Assembly (NCBI GenBank): GCA_965368975.1
Contig: CBDUPA010000001.1
Location: forward strand, 224,001 to 288,000
Reading direction: 5' to 3'
Length of the DNA stretch: 64,000 bases
From: an uncultured bacterium
GTDB taxonomy: Bacteria; Acidobacteriota; Thermoanaerobaculia; Multivoradales; JAHZIX01
The position numbers and the translations under genes were made by a program. Positions 60,711 to 64,000 of the stretch are shown here, one piece after another. Every line of letters starts with the position of its first letter. Position 1 is the stretch's first letter. The notes beneath the pieces were generated by a model. The model had not been told where the DNA came from, searched no databases, and saw nothing but the letters and a program-made list of their open reading frames with translations.

Positions 60711-61100
60711 TCACCAGACGGCGGCCGAGTAATGCTCGCGGATCAGCCGATCTCGGGTAATGAAGGGAGCGTCGTGAGCCTGCGCTGTTGCTACGAGTAG
60801 GCGATCGAAGGGATCGCGCGTCCAGCTCAAGAGTCGTGCTTTGCCCACGATCTTGCCGAGGTTCTCATCGACCACCTCGACACCCAGGTCTGATTCGAGA
60901 TCACCGAGCAGGCGATCGGCATTGGCCTCGAGGCGGCCGATCTCCCGCAAGTAGGTGATTTCCAGCGCGACAAGCGGAGATACCTTCAACGGGGCCAGCT
61001 CCAGCAACTCCGTCGAGGCACTGCCGAAAGCCTCAATGCGTCCACTCCACAGAAGAACGGCCGCGTGGGTGTCGAGAAACGTTGGCTTCAGGGAGTCCAA
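60711..61100 (-). CDS. vapC: PIN-domain toxin (VapC)
   Basis: FLDTH, VSP...EI, RDPFDRLL.A.A and ITRD motifs; probable TTG start overlapping the antitoxin 3' end. Confidence 0.9.
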   Translation of the reverse strand: MDSLKPTFLDTHAAVLLWSGRIEAFGSASTELLELAPLKVSPLVALEITYLREIGRLEANADRLLGDLESDLGVEVVDENLGKIVGKARLLSWTRDPFDRLLVATAQAHDAPFITRDRLIREHYSAAVW

Positions 61101-61324
61101 GCGTCTTCCCAGGACGTTTCGATCAACTCGTCCGGCGAGCACAGCAAGCCCTCGCGGCGCGGCAGGCGAGTCAAGTCGCGGCGAACCGGCTGTTCCGGCA
61201 CGATGCGGAGCTTGCGGCCATGACGGATGACCTCTTGGGCTTCGCCGGTCGAGAGCACTTCGTCCAAAACGCGGTAGATGTTGCGTCTCAGCTCGGTCGC
61301 GGTGAGTGGGTGTGGGGTAGCCAT
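61088..61324 (-). CDS. Phd/YefM family antitoxin
   Basis: TATELRRNIYRVLDEV..TGE...V.RHG; 78 aa, immediately upstream of the PIN toxin. Confidence 0.9.
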   Translation of the reverse strand: MATPHPLTATELRRNIYRVLDEVLSTGEAQEVIRHGRKLRIVPEQPVRRDLTRLPRREGLLCSPDELIETSWEDAWTP

Positions 61325-61359
61325 GGTTTTTTCCTATGTGGCCCGGCGCTCAAAGAAGG

Positions 61360-61388
61360 GCGTACGCCGTTCAGTATAGAGCGTACGT
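61360..61388 (-). promoter_or_regulatory. TA promoter with paired CGTACG palindromic operators
   Basis: GCGTACGC and GCGTACGT 21 bp apart, flanking a minus-strand TATACT -10. Confidence 0.6.
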
Positions 61389-61430
61389 ATTCGTCTGGCA
61401 ATGCGGCTCGTGTGCTCCTGCGCAGAGACC

Positions 61431-62543
61431 TCAACCCAGAACCCCGAAGAAGACTTTCTCCAGCTGTTGGGCTGCCGTCAGCCAGCTGAAGCGTTGGACC
61501 CGCTCCAGTCCGCGTTCGCGCAGGTCTTCAGCCAGTCCGCGTTCTCCCAGGATGCGCGCCAGGCCCAGGGCCATGCCTTCGACGTCGTCCGGGGCGACCT
61601 GGATGCCGGCGTCGCCGACGACCTCGGGCAGGCTGGAGACGTTGGAGGTGATGACCGGGATGCCGCAGGCCATGGCCTCTGCGGGAGGCAGGCCGAAGCC
61701 TTCGTAGAGGGACGGGTAGATGAAGGCCAGGGCACCCTGGAAGATGCGCACGAGCTGCTGGCGCTCGACGCGGCCGAGATAGCGCAGACCAAAGGGCTCG
61801 AGGCTGGCGATGCGGCGGCGCAGATCGCTGTTGCGCCAGCCGGGGGAGCCGGTGAGCAATAGGGGCAGCGCCGGACGTGACTTGCGCAGCTCTTCCCAGG
61901 CGTCCAGGACGCGGCCGACGTTCTTGCGCGGCTCCAGGGTACCGGCGTAGAGCAGGTAGCCTTGCGGGCAGCCGAGCTCCTGGCGGATGGCGCGGATCTC
62001 GCCGCGCGAGGCGGGGCGGAAGTTGGGGTCGACACCGGGGTAGATGACGTGCAGGCGGTCGGCACAGAAGGGGTAGAAACGACGCAGGTCGGCGGCGGTC
62101 GCTTCGGAGTCGGCGACGATGGCGGCGGCGCGGCGCAGGGTTGGGCGCAGGAAGGGTGCGGTGGAGAGGCGCACCTTGAGGCTGTGGGTGTGCGGGAAGA
62201 GACGCACGGTGAGGTCGTGGACGGTGACGACGCCGGGCACCGGGCAGTGCAGCGGCAGCGTGTTGATCGGCGACCACAGCAGGTCGATGTCACCACGTGC
62301 CAGGCGTCGCGGCAGTTGCAGCTGCTGCCACAGCACACCGAGTGGCGCGCGCTGCGTTTCCAGGTCGAGCCCCACTTCGCGCAGTTTGGTCTCGTAATGC
62401 GGCGCCTTGTGGGCCATGCCGATGTAGTGTCCCTTGCCACGGCGGCCGAGCAGGAAGAGCATCGAGCGGGTGTAGATGCCGATACCGGTGGGTTGTGGTA
62501 CCAGCGCGCGCAGGTCCACCGCGATGGTGGGTGAGGTTGTCAT
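61431..62543 (-). CDS. GT4 (group 1) glycosyltransferase
   Basis: TGIGIY, VVTVHDL, GTLEPRKN and YPSLYEGFGLPPAEAMACG motifs; ATG 62543 follows TAGAAT by 8 nt. Confidence 0.94.
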   Translation of the reverse strand: MTTSPTIAVDLRALVPQPTGIGIYTRSMLFLLGRRGKGHYIGMAHKAPHYETKLREVGLDLETQRAPLGVLWQQLQLPRRLARGDIDLLWSPINTLPLHCPVPGVVTVHDLTVRLFPHTHSLKVRLSTAPFLRPTLRRAAAIVADSEATAADLRRFYPFCADRLHVIYPGVDPNFRPASRGEIRAIRQELGCPQGYLLYAGTLEPRKNVGRVLDAWEELRKSRPALPLLLTGSPGWRNSDLRRRIASLEPFGLRYLGRVERQQLVRIFQGALAFIYPSLYEGFGLPPAEAMACGIPVITSNVSSLPEVVGDAGIQVAPDDVEGMALGLARILGERGLAEDLRERGLERVQRFSWLTAAQQLEKVFFGVLG

Positions 62544-62630
62544 AGAGCTGGATTCTACCCGCTGGGCGTCGGTGGCGACACGCCGGCGGGTGACTTGTTC
62601 CTGCCGGGGCGAGGGGCTACAGTTGCGGCC

Positions 62631-64000
62631 ATGAAGGTAGCCGCCATAGATACAGCCGCCGCCGGAGGTCCCGTTGCTACCGAAAGTAGAGAGCTGAGCA
62701 GCGGTTGGCGCCGGTGGCGCCCGTGGGCGTGGCTGGCGGCGGGGGTGACGGTGACGGTGGCGATCTTGACGCTGGTCATCGTGCTGCGGCCGCGCGCCGG
62801 CGAGGTGCCGGCGCCGGGGGAGGCGACGCCGGTGCTTCTGGCCGAGAGCCTGTGGCTGGACCACGACCTGGGCTATGACCACCGCGACGCCGCCCGCGCG
62901 CTCGAGCGCTGGCCCGGTGGCGCTCGAGGACTGGTCCTCGCGGGACGGATGGCGGCAGGCCCGGATCGAGATGACGTGACCCTGCGGTACGGCGAGCCGT
63001 GGATCTATCCGCTGGCGGCGTTGCCGTTGTTCGCGGCCTTCGGCAGCGATGGCTTCGTGGTGCTCAACGCGCTCTTGCTGCTCCTGGCGGTCGTTCTGCT
63101 CCTGTGGCCGCGCGGCGAGCCGGGCCAGCGCCCTGCAAGCCGGTCGGGAGCCTTGTTCGTGGTGAGCGGGCTGGTGCTCTCCGGCTTGACGCTGCACGTG
63201 GGCCTGGCACGGCCCGTGATCTTCGAAGCCGCATGCCTGGTGATAGCGGTGACGCTGTGGTTCGATCTGCGCCGCCCGGACGGGAACCCCGATCGGCGGT
63301 GGCGGCTCGGACACTGGTGCCTTGCCCTGGTGGTGGCGTTGCTCCTGGCGGCCGCGGTGGCGCAACGTCTCCTGCTGCTCGTGGTGGCCTTGCCGCTGCT
63401 GCTGGACGCCTTCGGTTGGCGCTTGGGTGGCGGGCAGGCGGCGGGTGGTGGACGCCGGTGGCAGCAGGGCCTGGGCGTGCTGCTGGTGTTCCTGCTGGCT
63501 ACCGGTGTCCTGTGGGCGGCGCAATGGAGCGAGATCGGCATCCCGGACCTGCAGGTACCGCGGCACGTGTTCGCGTCGACGGCGCCCCTGCAGCAGGCGG
63601 AGGTCGATGTGGTGCAGGCCTGGGCGGTGGGACGACCGCTGCCGCTGCCGGCGCCCGAGTTGCGCGCTCGGCGGCTCTTGCTGGAGGGGCAGGCGTTGCT
63701 CTTCGGACGCCACCGAGGGGTGCTGCTCTACCTGCCGTTGGTTCTGGTCGTGCCGCTGCTCCTGCTGGCGGAAGGCTGGCGCCGACGCCGTGCGCTGGCG
63801 TCCGGCGACTTTGACTTGCGAGTTCTGCTCGCCGCTGCCGTGGCCGTGGGTACGGTGCTCGTCTGGTGGTTGCGCGCGGGAGATCCGCGGGTGCTGAGTA
63901 GCCTCGGTGATCCGGCTTTGCTGGCGCTGCTGCCGACGGCGCTGCTGGCGGTGCGGCCGGCAGGTGGCACAAGTGCGGGCTCGACGGCTAGCTCGAAACT
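62631..64000 (+). CDS. Polytopic membrane protein, GT-C glycosyltransferase-like (3'-partial, absent from the ORF track)
   Basis: Manually translated frame open from ATG 62631 to the window end: ESLWLDHDLGY, WPGGARG, IYPLAALP..G.DGFVVLNALL, LFGRHRGVLLYLP; many TM helices. Confidence 0.7.
   Translation, partial: MKVAAIDTAAAGGPVATESRELSSGWRRWRPWAWLAAGVTVTVAILTLVIVLRPRAGEVPAPGEATPVLLAESLWLDHDLGYDHRDAARALERWPGGARGLVLAGRMAAGPDRDDVTLRYGEPWIYPLAALPLFAAFGSDGFVVLNALLLLLAVVLLLWPRGEPGQRPASRSGALFVVSGLVLSGLTLHVGLARPVIFEAACLVIAVTLWFDLRRPDGNPDRRWRLGHWCLALVVALLLAAAVAQRLLLLVVALPLLLDAFGWRLGGGQAAGGGRRWQQGLGVLLVFLLATGVLWAAQWSEIGIPDLQVPRHVFASTAPLQQAEVDVVQAWAVGRPLPLPAPELRARRLLLEGQALLFGRHRGVLLYLPLVLVVPLLLLAEGWRRRRALASGDFDLRVLLAAAVAVGTVLVWWLRAGDPRVLSSLGDPALLALLPTALLAVRPAGGTSAGSTASSK

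Noticed and set aside
62544-63713. N-terminal extension of the 760-aa glycosyltransferase ORF
   Set aside because: It is antisense to the plus-strand membrane gene; GT4 similarity starts at ATG 62543

Overview
High-GC bacterial chromosome segment, most likely Acidobacteriota (ADOP duplicated permease, acidobacterial VWA protein, TPR-tailed Ser/Thr kinases). It holds about 50 CDSs, tRNA-Gly(GCC) and tRNA-Cys(GCA). Housekeeping genes (def, cysS, purC, hflX, pdxH, queE, glmS, nupC, dacB) are interleaved with envelope, secreted and signalling proteins. There is also a vapBC toxin-antitoxin pair and one GTAG REP doublet. No integrase, transposase, rRNA or CRISPR array was seen. Main observations: (1) two orphan ~60-aa RiPP-like precursors share a KLxLxRETL...GG leader, one directly downstream of a luxE/luxC-like acyl-activation pair and the other upstream of tandem patatins, with no maturation enzyme in the window; (2) a CxxC/His-rich DUF2946-like leader ending in RGPP precedes a ZnuD-like TonB receptor, below a Fur-like box; (3) a ClpX-like ATPase lacks the zinc finger, GYVG and IGF motifs; (4) a large protein carries a degenerate class III cyclase domain; (5) many genes look leaderless, including a 19-bp bidirectional luxE/queE promoter. 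All family calls come from motif recognition by eye; no database searches were run.
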